Source of the DNA: Anaerolineae bacterium
GTDB taxonomy: Bacteria > Chloroflexota > Anaerolineae > Aggregatilineales > J027
Assembly: GCA_019913005.1 (NCBI GenBank)
Contig: JAIOHL010000249.1
Span: 5,615 to 69,614 of the forward strand
Direction of reading: 5' to 3'
DNA length: 64,000 bases
Below, one piece after another: positions 47,486 through 57,439 of the stretch (position 1 is its first letter; each line of letters starts with the position of its first letter). A model generated the notes under the pieces. That model did not search any database. It saw only the letters and a program-made list of their open reading frames with translations, and was not told the DNA's origin. Made by a program: the position numbers and the translations under genes.

Positions 47486-48378
47486 TGCAGCCATTGACGG
47501 AATCGCGTAATCTACGTACTCAGCAAATAGACCGTCTTTCGACGCTGGAAATTTTGGAGGTCATCAATGACGAAGATGCCTCTATTGCCGGGGTAATTCG
47601 TAGCCTACTGCCCGAAATCGCCCAAGCAGTGGAGGTCATTACGGCCCAATTTCGGCTGGGAGGTCGCTTGATTTATGCTGGGGCAGGCACGAGTGGTCGC
47701 TTGGGGGTACTGGATGCAGTAGAATGCCAACCCACTTTTAGTACCTCACCGGAAATGGTGCAGGCCCTTTTAGCCGGGGGTGATCCTGCGCTGACCCAAG
47801 CGGTAGAAGGCGCGGAAGATCGCTATGAGGGGGGCAAAACCGATTTCTTGGCTCTCAACCCAACGCCGTATGATGTCGTGGTAGGCATTGCCGCCAGTGG
47901 CACCACGCCCTATGTACTAGGGGTGTTGGATGCGGCCAATGAAATTGGGACAAAGACCATCGCCATTGCTTGTAACACCCCGGCCCCGATTTTAGACCGG
48001 GCCAGTATCAAGATTGCCGCATTGGTTGGGCCAGAGGTCATTACGGGTTCGACGCGCATGAAAGCAGGCACGGCGCAAAAGATGATCCTCAACATGCTTT
48101 CGACAGCCAGTATGATTAAGCTCGGCAAGGTTTATGGCAATCTCATGGTGGATGTGCGGGTTACCAATCAAAAACTCGCCAATCGCGCACGGGGCATTGT
48201 GGCGGAGGTGGTTGGTTTGGGCCAAGACGAAGCGGCCCGTCTGCTCCAATTGAGTAATAACGAAGTCAAGACCGCCATCGTGGTTGGCCTGCTGAATATT
48301 TCCGTTGAAGAAGCCCGCCAGCGCCTAGCGGAGAATCGCGGGATGCTACGTAACGTGATAGAATTGCCGCTTGAATAG
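47485..48378 (+). CDS. murQ: N-acetylmuramic acid 6-phosphate etherase
   Basis: LSTLEILEVINDED, GRLIYAGAGTSGRLGVLDAVECQPTF, GSTRMKAGTAQK. The ATG shares one nt with the upstream TAA. Confidence 0.93.
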   Translation: MQPLTESRNLRTQQIDRLSTLEILEVINDEDASIAGVIRSLLPEIAQAVEVITAQFRLGGRLIYAGAGTSGRLGVLDAVECQPTFSTSPEMVQALLAGGDPALTQAVEGAEDRYEGGKTDFLALNPTPYDVVVGIAASGTTPYVLGVLDAANEIGTKTIAIACNTPAPILDRASIKIAALVGPEVITGSTRMKAGTAQKMILNMLSTASMIKLGKVYGNLMVDVRVTNQKLANRARGIVAEVVGLGQDEAARLLQLSNNEVKTAIVVGLLNISVEEARQRLAENRGMLRNVIELPLE

Positions 48379-48390
48379 GGAGGATTACCT

Positions 48391-48870
48391 ATGCCGGATA
48401 TGCTGGTCAAACTCTACGAACTTCCCGAACTAGACCCTATTCTCAAAGAACAGACCGCCAGTGGTGTTACCATTCGGCGGGCCATCACGCCTGAAAAGTA
48501 TTTTGTCGTGGATTGGGTGGGCGAAAAATTTAGCAAGTTTTGGCAAAGCGAGTGCGAGGTTGCCTTTTCGCACCAGCCCGTCTCGTGTTTTATCGCCACT
48601 GAAAAAGATTCATTGGTCGGTTTTGGGTGTTATGACACTACCCGCAAGGGCTTTTTTGGGCCGACGGGGGTCAGCGAGACGGTGCGTGGGCGCGGGATTG
48701 GCAAGGCCCTGCTGCTGGTGTGTTTGCACAGCATGTGGTGGGAAGGCTATGGCTATGCCATTATCGGAGGGGTTGGGCCAGCCGATTTTTATGCTAAGGC
48801 GGTAGGTGCCACCCTGATTGAAGGCTCTGTTCCCGGCGTTTACAAAGGGCTGCTGCGGAAATCTGATTGA
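48391..48870 (+). CDS. GNAT family N-acetyltransferase
   Basis: VSETVRGRGIGKALLLVCL (acetyl-CoA pocket motif). Confidence 0.75.
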   Translation: MPDMLVKLYELPELDPILKEQTASGVTIRRAITPEKYFVVDWVGEKFSKFWQSECEVAFSHQPVSCFIATEKDSLVGFGCYDTTRKGFFGPTGVSETVRGRGIGKALLLVCLHSMWWEGYGYAIIGGVGPADFYAKAVGATLIEGSVPGVYKGLLRKSD

Positions 48871-49902
48871 ATGACGCGCATGACACTAGAGACAACTCCT
48901 AATATAACCCCCCGTAAACCGACCTCGCGTCGGTCTTTAGTGTTAGCGATAGGTTTGGCGGCGCTGCTGTTGTTTTTGGCGCTGCGGGGTGCGGATTGGG
49001 ACAAGATGCTGGAAACGGTACGCCGAGGGGAACCCCTATCTCTTTTGGCGGCAGGTCTGCTGTTGGTTGCAACCTATTTTCTGCGTTCCTTGCGCTGGCG
49101 AGTCTTGTTGACGGCAGAAAAACCGATTTCGGTAGTGACCGTGTTTTGGGCAATGGTGATTGGGTATCTGGGGAACAGCTTTTTGCCAGCCCGTCTGGGT
49201 GAATTGATGCGCTCGACCATGATTGGTCGCAAAACAGGAGTCAGCACCAGCTTTGCATTGGCGACGGCCTTGACCGAACGAATTTTGGATGCGCTGTCGC
49301 TAGTCTTGTTTAGTTTGATCGCCATCCCGTTTTTGGATGCCGATATTCCCGATTGGCTGAATACGGCGGCGGCAGTTATGGCGGTTTTGGGGGTGGTGGG
49401 ATTAACCGGATTTGCGGTAGCCCATCGGTTTGAAAAAATTATTCATACCATTATCAGGCGCCTGCCATTTCCGCAGCGTTTTCAAGAACGACTGATTCAT
49501 TTGGTCGGTGAATTTTTGCTGGGCACACGCGCTTTTCATCATCCCCAACGCGCGTTGTTATTTGCCATCATGACGCCGATTATCTGGTCGGTAGATATGC
49601 TGATGTCCGTTATTGTGGCAGGAGCGTTTGACTTGACCCTGTATCCTGCCGAGGCGATTCTGCTATTAGCCGCGTTAGGGTTAGCGAGCGCTGCCCCTTC
49701 AACCCCCGGCTATGTCGGCATTTTCCAATTTGTCGCGGTGACGGTACTTGTGCCTTTTGGTTTTTCCCGCGATGAAGCGTTGGTCTATATCATCAGCTTT
49801 CAGGCCATCACCTATGTTGTTGTACTGACGTGGGGGCTAACGGGGTGGTGGTGGCTAAATCGCGCCGCTCCTATGGTCATACCAGCGGAAAGTCCAAGTT
49901 AA
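48871..49902 (+). CDS. polytopic membrane protein, UPF0104 / lysyl-PG-synthase-TM (flippase-like) family
   Basis: About 8 predicted helices. LRSLRWRVLL and GNSFLPARLGE motifs as I recall for this family. Confidence 0.65.
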   Translation: MTRMTLETTPNITPRKPTSRRSLVLAIGLAALLLFLALRGADWDKMLETVRRGEPLSLLAAGLLLVATYFLRSLRWRVLLTAEKPISVVTVFWAMVIGYLGNSFLPARLGELMRSTMIGRKTGVSTSFALATALTERILDALSLVLFSLIAIPFLDADIPDWLNTAAAVMAVLGVVGLTGFAVAHRFEKIIHTIIRRLPFPQRFQERLIHLVGEFLLGTRAFHHPQRALLFAIMTPIIWSVDMLMSVIVAGAFDLTLYPAEAILLLAALGLASAAPSTPGYVGIFQFVAVTVLVPFGFSRDEALVYIISFQAITYVVVLTWGLTGWWWLNRAAPMVIPAESPS

Positions 49903-51008
49903 GCCATATCATTGTTATCCTCATCGGTTTCTTCATGCTCCCATGCGTGATAGCGATAAATCAACGGCTCAATCGGTTTACCATCGAACATCGCAAAAAG
50001 ATAACCTGCAAGATCACGCTGATTGGCTTGCACCCACAGCGCAAAATCTTTACGGGTGGTTTTGGGAGCGGCTTCAAATGCAGCTTGCACTCTAGCTCTG
50101 GTGGAGTTTAATACCCCTTCAATTTCCGCAATCCACGCCTTGACCTCATTCAAGAATTCATCGGGAACAGCATCCAGAATGTCTTGAACCGTGCCAGTCT
50201 GCATGGCTTCAAGGGTGTTTTTGAAACTCAGCCCAAAAACCAACTTATGCAGTTCAAGATAACGCGCCCCTTTGAATTTGAAGCGATTGCCATCGGCAAA
50301 CTCAATGACATAACCTTCGTGGTTGGCATCCAATGTGGCGAGGTGCTTCAGTACATCTTCAACCGACTGGAATTCGGGATAGGTGGCAGGTAGTGAAAAC
50401 CCAAAACGACTGGCGAGGTTGATGACATCCGGCGCAAAAGGCAAGTAGTCGCCTGTATGACGATTTCGTGCTGCTAACAGCACAAGGTCTTGCCGGTCGC
50501 CATAATTTACAATGACGCGGTTTTCGGGATAGATGATCTCAAAAATGAGCGTCAGGTCATCAGGCAAACCGGTCAAATTATAGTGGCTGTTCAGAAATTG
50601 CGTCGCCCAAACCCCTTGTGTACTGGTGAGGTTGCCACGTGTACTGATACGATAACCGTCAGGTGTGCGATAGAGCAGACCCAGTGAGCCATCCATTTTT
50701 TCGGTGACGGCCACCAGCGGCGCGGTGGTATAGCGCCCGCCTTCCAGCCAGCCGAAAAATTTATCAAACCCGCGTGCCACGACCTCGCCTGTTTGGGCAT
50801 GAAGTATCAGGCCACGACTGACCCTCTCGAAAAAATTCCAACGACCTTCAAATTGGGCAAAGGAATTGTAGTTGAAAATAATGAGGTCGCCATGTCGTCG
50901 TGCGCTGACGTTGCCGTACTGCTGCCAATCGGTGAAACCCTGTTTTACAAGATTTTGAATATCGCTAATGGTGGTGATTTCATTCATGGGCTGAATTGTA
51001 ACAGACAC
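49899..51008 (-). CDS. ATP-dependent RNA ligase, T4 Rnl1-like nucleotidyltransferase
   Basis: Motif I EKMDGSLG (KxDG), RGFDKFF, FEIIYPENR, HEGYVIEF, FKFKG. GTG 51008 or ATG 50987. Confidence 0.75.
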   Translation of the reverse strand: MSVTIQPMNEITTISDIQNLVKQGFTDWQQYGNVSARRHGDLIIFNYNSFAQFEGRWNFFERVSRGLILHAQTGEVVARGFDKFFGWLEGGRYTTAPLVAVTEKMDGSLGLLYRTPDGYRISTRGNLTSTQGVWATQFLNSHYNLTGLPDDLTLIFEIIYPENRVIVNYGDRQDLVLLAARNRHTGDYLPFAPDVINLASRFGFSLPATYPEFQSVEDVLKHLATLDANHEGYVIEFADGNRFKFKGARYLELHKLVFGLSFKNTLEAMQTGTVQDILDAVPDEFLNEVKAWIAEIEGVLNSTRARVQAAFEAAPKTTRKDFALWVQANQRDLAGYLFAMFDGKPIEPLIYRYHAWEHEETDEDNNDMA

Positions 51009-51050
51009 AAGTAAACCTTATCCAGCGACAAGCAGTTTTAGAATCCGCTG

Positions 51051-53129
51051 TTATCCGATAGGAACGGTGATGCTCACCCGCGTGCCACCGCTCACGACAG
51101 GCTCCAACGCCAATTCGCCTCCTACAATCGCCAATAGCGTGCTGTGGAGGGCTAATCCGTTGCCGCTTCCTTCTGTACTATTGCCAGAAAGGTGCTGTGG
51201 CCCGACGCCATTATCGGTCACTTCGACGCAGAGACGGTCAGCCGCGATGATATGAATGTCCAAACAGACCTTCGCATCCCTTTGCCCGTGAATGGCGGCA
51301 TTCCGCACGACCTCACGCACCGCATGAATCAAAATTTCCTGCGTATCCTCTTTCAGTTTGGGGGGCGTCCCATCTACCTGCCAGTGAATTTCGGCAAACA
51401 CACCGGTGAATTCGTGTTCGATGATGGAACGCAGGCCATCTACAAAATTGGCGGTAAGGGCAATGGGTGGTGGTTGGAGGGCACTGTGAATTAACTCGGC
51501 GATTTGTCCATGTATATCGGTGAGGGTTTGCAGGAGGGGTGTTAAATTGGGGGTGGTGCGGGTAGCGGCGCTGGTTTGCAACGCAGCGAGGTGAATGGTG
51601 GGCAAAATTTCGTCGTGCAGCACGCGGCGGGTTCGTAAATCATTTAGGCGATTTTCGGATTGGCGCTGGCGCTGCAATTCGATTAAGCGTCGCCCCATCT
51701 CCTCACCTGCGAGCAAATCAATAATACGCTCGGCACTAGCGCCAGCAGCATCAATTTCCTCTTGGGCATAGAGACCATCGTCTACTTTTGGCCCTAGCAG
51801 GAGCACCCCAATTAATCCGCGTTCGGCCCATAGTGGCACAGCCCAATCAAAGCCTTGAATAGTGTTGATGGGACGCAATCCACTACCAGTGGTAAATGAG
51901 GAGGGCGCGATGGTTGGGAGGGTGATGTTGGCGGAAGGGGGATACAGCAGGGGTTTACCGACCAACGGAGCTAGTCGGCCAAGCGGGATAAGGCAGGCGG
52001 TGCGGGTATTGAGCATGTCACGGCATACGATTTCAAAAAGTGGGCGAATGCTGGCTTGGGCATCAGAAGCGGGTTCGGTTAGGTTTTGAAGCATTCGTGG
52101 ACTGCTTACAAAAGGCCGCAAACGCGAGATGAGATAATCCCGATGGACAAACGAGCGCCAACTAATTAGCGCATAAAACGCCATGTTAATCGCGGCTAGG
52201 AACATCAGACTGTAGATGGGCGAAGGCTGAATCACCAAAACGATACTGATAAAAATGGCAATCCCCCACGCCAAAATCATGGCATTGCGCCAGTGCCGCA
52301 GCAAACCGCGCCTCGGCAGGGTCTTGCCCGTGAATATCTCATAGGAGACGACGGCCCGCCCTAGAAAAATAATGGCAATTGAAATAAGAGTAGTCAGTCC
52401 AAAATCTAGCACCACCACGCCGGGGGAGGTTAGTGGATCATCAATGAAGGCAATATTGGCTTCCACGACGTACAGCACCAAGACTAAAAACCCCGCCACC
52501 AAGACCGTCACTGCCAATAGCAAAATCGAGACCGCCAATAAAAAGGGACGTGAACGTTCGCGGGCCAAATCGCCTAACATGCGCTGCGAGGGCATGGGAT
52601 GGAGCAGGGCATCAAATGGTAAGATGATGCACGCAAGGACATAGGGCGGATAGAAAACAAACATTAACGGGATGCCCTCTAGTAAATCCGCATGTTGTAG
52701 ATTGAGGATGATGACTTCAGTATAGGAGGGCAGCGGGTGGGCAATAATGAGCAGGATCAATAACACCAAACTGAAAAGCCCCAATAGCACGGTTGGGATG
52801 CGGTGACGTTTGGGCCAGCCCGTGTACCATAAAATCACTAGGTACCATAGCAGCGGAATGCTCACGACAGGTAGCCAGCCTGCGTACCACCAAAAATTCA
52901 GATAGGGTTCAAGGTCAGGAGTAAATTGACTTGTCAAGATGATGGCGTGACTGGTAAAAAACAGTGCCCCAAGCAACATCCCCGCCAAAATCAGATATAG
53001 GCCTTCACTGCGCCGCTCTGCCGATAAAAATATGGTCAACCCTAACCAAAGCAACAGGGCAATATTAAAGATGGAGAGGGCAATCGAAAACGTTAGGAGG
53101 AGGGCAATGCCTGTAATCAAAACTGCCAT
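51051..53129 (-). CDS. sensor histidine kinase, polytopic N-terminus + GAF-like + HisKA_3 + HATPase_c
   Basis: About 10 hydrophobic helices in the first 330 aa. H-box RRVLHDEILPT. VTDNGVG and GNGLALHS. Confidence 0.88.
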   Translation of the reverse strand: MAVLITGIALLLTFSIALSIFNIALLLWLGLTIFLSAERRSEGLYLILAGMLLGALFFTSHAIILTSQFTPDLEPYLNFWWYAGWLPVVSIPLLWYLVILWYTGWPKRHRIPTVLLGLFSLVLLILLIIAHPLPSYTEVIILNLQHADLLEGIPLMFVFYPPYVLACIILPFDALLHPMPSQRMLGDLARERSRPFLLAVSILLLAVTVLVAGFLVLVLYVVEANIAFIDDPLTSPGVVVLDFGLTTLISIAIIFLGRAVVSYEIFTGKTLPRRGLLRHWRNAMILAWGIAIFISIVLVIQPSPIYSLMFLAAINMAFYALISWRSFVHRDYLISRLRPFVSSPRMLQNLTEPASDAQASIRPLFEIVCRDMLNTRTACLIPLGRLAPLVGKPLLYPPSANITLPTIAPSSFTTGSGLRPINTIQGFDWAVPLWAERGLIGVLLLGPKVDDGLYAQEEIDAAGASAERIIDLLAGEEMGRRLIELQRQRQSENRLNDLRTRRVLHDEILPTIHLAALQTSAATRTTPNLTPLLQTLTDIHGQIAELIHSALQPPPIALTANFVDGLRSIIEHEFTGVFAEIHWQVDGTPPKLKEDTQEILIHAVREVVRNAAIHGQRDAKVCLDIHIIAADRLCVEVTDNGVGPQHLSGNSTEGSGNGLALHSTLLAIVGGELALEPVVSGGTRVSITVPIG

Positions 53130-53857
53130 GCGGCCTGTTCACCTCGTTCATTGAGGACAAACGCATTGCCATCTATGTCCCATTCAATCAATTGACCGAT
53201 ATGGACAATCAAAGCGGCACGGGTGCGGGCGACTTTTTCATCTGTCGTACTGGTATCCAGCCCCCATGCGGTATAGATTTGCCCATTAATCCGGCTGATG
53301 GTGCGTTTATCCCGAAACCCCAAACGACCCGCGATTTGTTCATTGGTCATGCCTGCGGCGATCATTTGGGCCACCACCTGCTCATTTGGCTCTAACCAAT
53401 CCATCGGGGCGTGTTCGTCACGGTGACGGACTTGCTGCACACGGGTTTCGATTTCGGGGTCAACATAACTGCGTCCGACGATGGCATCTTTGAGCAGTGG
53501 CAGCAACATTTCGGGCAGCAGATAATTGGATTTCCGCACATAGGCATAGTGGCTGAGGATACGGGCATGAAGGAAGGCCCGATAGTAAGCATCATCGTCT
53601 TGGATGGAATAAAACACAATTGGCAGGCGGGGAAACTCGCGGCGGATAGCGACGGCGGCTTCAATGCCGTTCATCGGCCCAGCCAACGCCACATCCATCA
53701 AAATGACCTGCGGTGGCTCGTGGGTAAAACAGAAATCAACAGCCGCCTCACCGGTAGTACAGGCCGCGATGACTTGAATTTCACCTGTAGCCTCAAAACC
53801 AAGTTTTAGACCGTCTTGCAGACGTAGATTATCCTCAACCAGCAGTATATTCATCAT
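53117..53857 (-). CDS. NarL/LuxR-family response regulator
   Basis: NILLVEDN...VILMDVALAG (Asp)...HTH MTNEQIAGRLGFRDKRTISRINGQIY. 13-nt overlap with the kinase gene. Confidence 0.88.
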   Translation of the reverse strand: MMNILLVEDNLRLQDGLKLGFEATGEIQVIAACTTGEAAVDFCFTHEPPQVILMDVALAGPMNGIEAAVAIRREFPRLPIVFYSIQDDDAYYRAFLHARILSHYAYVRKSNYLLPEMLLPLLKDAIVGRSYVDPEIETRVQQVRHRDEHAPMDWLEPNEQVVAQMIAAGMTNEQIAGRLGFRDKRTISRINGQIYTAWGLDTSTTDEKVARTRAALIVHIGQLIEWDIDGNAFVLNERGEQAAWQF

Positions 53858-53995
53858 ATTCGTAGGCTAACACACCCTTCAAAGAGTCGGCAAGCACCTG
53901 AGTGCAGCGATCTCTACACCTAAGCCGTCGAATCCAACCGTCACTTTTCAGTATAGTGACTTTTACGATGACCAGTGCGTAAAGGAGCCTCTCTG

Positions 53996-55411
53996 ATGAA
54001 AGTCAAAATGATTTTGCCTGCCCTGACCGAAGCCAAAAGCCCCTTTTTTCGCCCGATTAAATATTCGCTTTTCCCGCCGCTCGGCCTTGCTACTCTCGCA
54101 GGCTATTTGGATGTAGATGATGAGATTGATTTGCAGGATGAGCATGTGGAAGTGCTCGATTTGGACGATGAACCGGAGTTAGTCATTATTCAGGTCTACA
54201 TTACCTCCGCCTATCGTGCCTATCAAATCGCCGACCACTACCGAGCGCAAGGGGCCCATGTCATCTTAGGTGGGCTACATGTCACCTCGCTGCCAGATGA
54301 AGCCGCCCAACACGCCGACAGCATTTTTCTTGGCCCCGGTGAAGATACCTTTCCCGCGTTTTTGCAGGATTTTCGACAGGGCCACCCCGCCAAACGTTAT
54401 GAATCCAAAATCCGCACGCTGATTGGCCTGCCCCCCATTCGCCGCGATTTGATTAAGCGTCATCTGTATCTTGTCCCCAATTCAATTGTGGTATCGCGCG
54501 GTTGCCCACATAGCTGTGATTTTTGTTATAAAGATGCCTTTTTTCAGGGAGGCAAAGGCTTTTATACTCAGACGGTAGATGATGCCCTAGCCGAAATCGA
54601 GCGACTGCGGGGACGCCATCTTTACTTTTTAGATGACCATCTTTTTGGCAATGCCCATTTTGCTAGTGAGCTTTTTGAAGGAATGCGCGGCATGGGGCGG
54701 CTGTGGCAGGCGGCGGGTACGGTACAGTCCATTTTAAAACCACGCTTGTTGGAAAAAGCAGTCGAGGCGGGGTTGCGAAGTTTGTTCGTCGGTTTTGAAA
54801 CGCTTAATCCCGACAGCCTGTTGGAGCAAAACAAGAAACAAAACCTCAATCGAGACTACACCGCCGCCATTCGTCGTTTGCATGATCTGGGGGTGATGGT
54901 GAATGGCAGTTTTGTGTTTGGCATGGACGCGGACGACGAAAGCGTGTTTGACCGTACCATAGAATGGGCTATTTCACAGGGCCTCGAGACCGCAACCTTC
55001 CATATTCTGACCCCCTATCCCGGTACCGCCTTATATGAACGAATGGCGGCGCAAAATCGTATCCTGCATAGCAATTGGGATTTGTATGATACACGCCATG
55101 TCGTCTATCGGCCCGCCAAAATCAGCCCCGAAGCATTGGAAGCGGGATACTGGCGAGCCTATCAGGAGTTTTATCGTTGGTCGGCAATTTTAAAGGGCGC
55201 GGCTACTAAAGATACTCTAACAGGCAAAATGCGCCATATCGCCTATGCAGGGGGATGGAAGAAGTTTGAGCCGATGTGGGATGCGATGATTCGCCTCAAG
55301 CGAGTGGCTCGGATGCGTCCAGTCTTGGAAGGCGTATTAACGGGTTTTGGTCAACATCGGCCCACTCAAAAACGTCTTGGCCTCACACATCAAGCACCGG
55401 AGAAGGCATAA
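53996..55411 (+). CDS. B12-binding-domain radical SAM protein, substrate unknown
   Basis: N-terminal Rossmann-like B12 domain (VIIQVYITSAY...HVILGGLHVT). CPHSCDFC cluster motif. AAAGGAG RBS at 53981-53987. Confidence 0.85.
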   Translation: MKVKMILPALTEAKSPFFRPIKYSLFPPLGLATLAGYLDVDDEIDLQDEHVEVLDLDDEPELVIIQVYITSAYRAYQIADHYRAQGAHVILGGLHVTSLPDEAAQHADSIFLGPGEDTFPAFLQDFRQGHPAKRYESKIRTLIGLPPIRRDLIKRHLYLVPNSIVVSRGCPHSCDFCYKDAFFQGGKGFYTQTVDDALAEIERLRGRHLYFLDDHLFGNAHFASELFEGMRGMGRLWQAAGTVQSILKPRLLEKAVEAGLRSLFVGFETLNPDSLLEQNKKQNLNRDYTAAIRRLHDLGVMVNGSFVFGMDADDESVFDRTIEWAISQGLETATFHILTPYPGTALYERMAAQNRILHSNWDLYDTRHVVYRPAKISPEALEAGYWRAYQEFYRWSAILKGAATKDTLTGKMRHIAYAGGWKKFEPMWDAMIRLKRVARMRPVLEGVLTGFGQHRPTQKRLGLTHQAPEKA

Positions 55412-56178
55412 CGTAGCGAGAGGCAGGTAACGCCGCCATCCATCTTTTCAAATTCACTCAGCGGGATTTCGATCACCCTCAGATAATAATGGTGTGCCAA
55501 ATCGCGTACTTTGGGATTGCCCGCGTGGATGAGTACAGCATCATTGAGCGGTAAAACATGTCCGCTATGTTTCTCGGCTTCTGGGACAACGTAGACATCG
55601 GCAAAATCAAAAACATAGTCAGTCTCAAAATCGGGAGATTGAAGAATCACTCCGGGGGTGAGTTCGGTGATTCCAGTTTTGAGGTGCAGCACCCCGCCAA
55701 CATTGACAAAATCCACTCGCAGCGAGGTATCATAATCTTGCAGTACATTTTTCAGCAAGGTGGCTCCCTGCCAATTGGTGCGTTGTGAAAGGCCGATCAG
55801 AACGCGATCCGCACAAAACAGGACATCGCCACCATCCAAAAATTCGTCGTCTTGCATTTGAACGACAGGCTGATGACTGAAGGCTTGTTGGATGGCGACT
55901 GTTTCACCCCGCCGTGAACGCGCCCCCGGCTGGGTGATGACTACCAGATCACCATAGATGACGGCAGCATCTTCCACAAAACACCCGTCAGGATAGGCCT
56001 CATCGCCAGAGAGAAGCGTGACTTTGAGGCCGCACCAACGTAGAGCTTCACAATAGGCCGCATGTTGCGTTAGGGCCAATTCAAAATCGGGTACACCAAG
56101 CTGTTGGGTAGTGATGCCCTCACCCATATTTGCGGTGGGGACACGGACAAGGGCATGGCTAAACGTGTTATATGGCAT
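55390..56178 (-). CDS. dimethylarginine dimethylaminohydrolase (DDAH)/amidinotransferase-fold enzyme
   Basis: FVEDAAV, LDGGDVLF, HLKTG, catalytic MDGGVTCLSLR. The 3' end overlaps the radical SAM gene by 22 nt. Confidence 0.82.
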   Translation of the reverse strand: MPYNTFSHALVRVPTANMGEGITTQQLGVPDFELALTQHAAYCEALRWCGLKVTLLSGDEAYPDGCFVEDAAVIYGDLVVITQPGARSRRGETVAIQQAFSHQPVVQMQDDEFLDGGDVLFCADRVLIGLSQRTNWQGATLLKNVLQDYDTSLRVDFVNVGGVLHLKTGITELTPGVILQSPDFETDYVFDFADVYVVPEAEKHSGHVLPLNDAVLIHAGNPKVRDLAHHYYLRVIEIPLSEFEKMDGGVTCLSLRYAFSGA

Positions 56179-56222
56179 ATCATCTCCCTTTCATCCACCC
56201 AACAGCAGGTTCTATTTGGTGA

Positions 56223-57419
56223 TTACATTATCCCCGGCAGCAGGGCATAAAATTCGGTGGCCCGTACTACGTCATCCAGCGACACTTGGTCAAGAACAGT
56301 ATGAGCATGGATTTCATCCCCCGGCCCAAAACCAATACTCGGAATCCCGGCCTTGCCACACCAATAGGTGCCATTGGTTGAGAAGTCCCATTTACCTGTC
56401 TTGGGTTCGCCACCCCACAGCGCCTTGGCGGTTTTGACCCCGGCCTGTACAAAGGGGTTGGATTCTTCCAATAACCAAGCCGGATAGATTTTTTCGAGTG
56501 GGAACACAAAGCCAGTATAGCTGGGTTCTTCATAGAGCAACAAATCAACTTTAATGTCAGGCCGATCTCCCACTACTTGTCGCACCTGTTCAATCACGGC
56601 TTCGGGGGTTTCGCCCCATGTGATACGGCGGTCAATGTAAATAATGGCTTCATTCGGCACAGCATTAATGCTAGGGGTCGTGACTTCCATATCGGTCACG
56701 GTAATACGTCCATGCCCCAAAAACTCATGATCGCCCAACTGTGGTTCCATATCACGGATGGCAGCAATTACGGGCAGCATCTTATAAATCGCGTTGTCTC
56801 CTAAGAAATTGCTGGCGGCATGGGCGCTTTTGCCTTTGGCAGTGACTTTCATTTCGACACGGCCCTTATGCCCACGATAGACCATCATCTTGGTTGGCTC
56901 TCCCACCACCACAAAATCGGGTTTAATGCCTTCGGTCTCAACAAAAGCATTCGGAGCACTGCCGTCGTTCCATTCTTCCATATTGCCAAAATAATAGGCC
57001 GTGAAGCCTTTCAGCAACCCTAATTTATGGGCAATTGCCAAGCCATAAATCATGCCGGGGGTGCTGCCTTTTTCATCACAGGCCCCGCGTGCATACAGAA
57101 TGCCATCTTCAACCTTGCCCTCAAATGGATCCCATTTCCATTCCGCTGGGTCGCCAATACTTACCGTGTCAATGTGACTGTCATAGAGCAGTTTTTTGGG
57201 GCCATTGCCAATCTGCCCGACGATATTGCCCATTTTGTCGAACCAGATGCGCTCGTAGCCAAGTTTTCGCATCTCGTTGGCACAGCGTTCCCCAACATCT
57301 TTAATTTGGCTTTCCATACTGGGGATCGCGCAAAGTTCACGCATGAATTGGATAATGACATCACGATTTTTTTCGACTTCCGCTTTAATCGCCGCAACCA
57401 CAGCTTGTGTATCGGTCAT
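56223..57419 (-). CDS. ygeY: YgeY family M20 peptidase (selenium-metabolism-linked hydrolase)
   Basis: Collinear with my memory of E. coli YgeY (FMRELCAIPSMES...MGNIVGQIGNGPKKLLYDSHIDTV...ARGACDEKG). ATG 57419 with AAGGA upstream. An alternative GTG at 57443 overlaps the HAD stop. Confidence 0.8.
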   Translation of the reverse strand: MTDTQAVVAAIKAEVEKNRDVIIQFMRELCAIPSMESQIKDVGERCANEMRKLGYERIWFDKMGNIVGQIGNGPKKLLYDSHIDTVSIGDPAEWKWDPFEGKVEDGILYARGACDEKGSTPGMIYGLAIAHKLGLLKGFTAYYFGNMEEWNDGSAPNAFVETEGIKPDFVVVGEPTKMMVYRGHKGRVEMKVTAKGKSAHAASNFLGDNAIYKMLPVIAAIRDMEPQLGDHEFLGHGRITVTDMEVTTPSINAVPNEAIIYIDRRITWGETPEAVIEQVRQVVGDRPDIKVDLLLYEEPSYTGFVFPLEKIYPAWLLEESNPFVQAGVKTAKALWGGEPKTGKWDFSTNGTYWCGKAGIPSIGFGPGDEIHAHTVLDQVSLDDVVRATEFYALLPGIM

Positions 57420-57439
57420 AGTAGCTTTCCTTTTGATTT

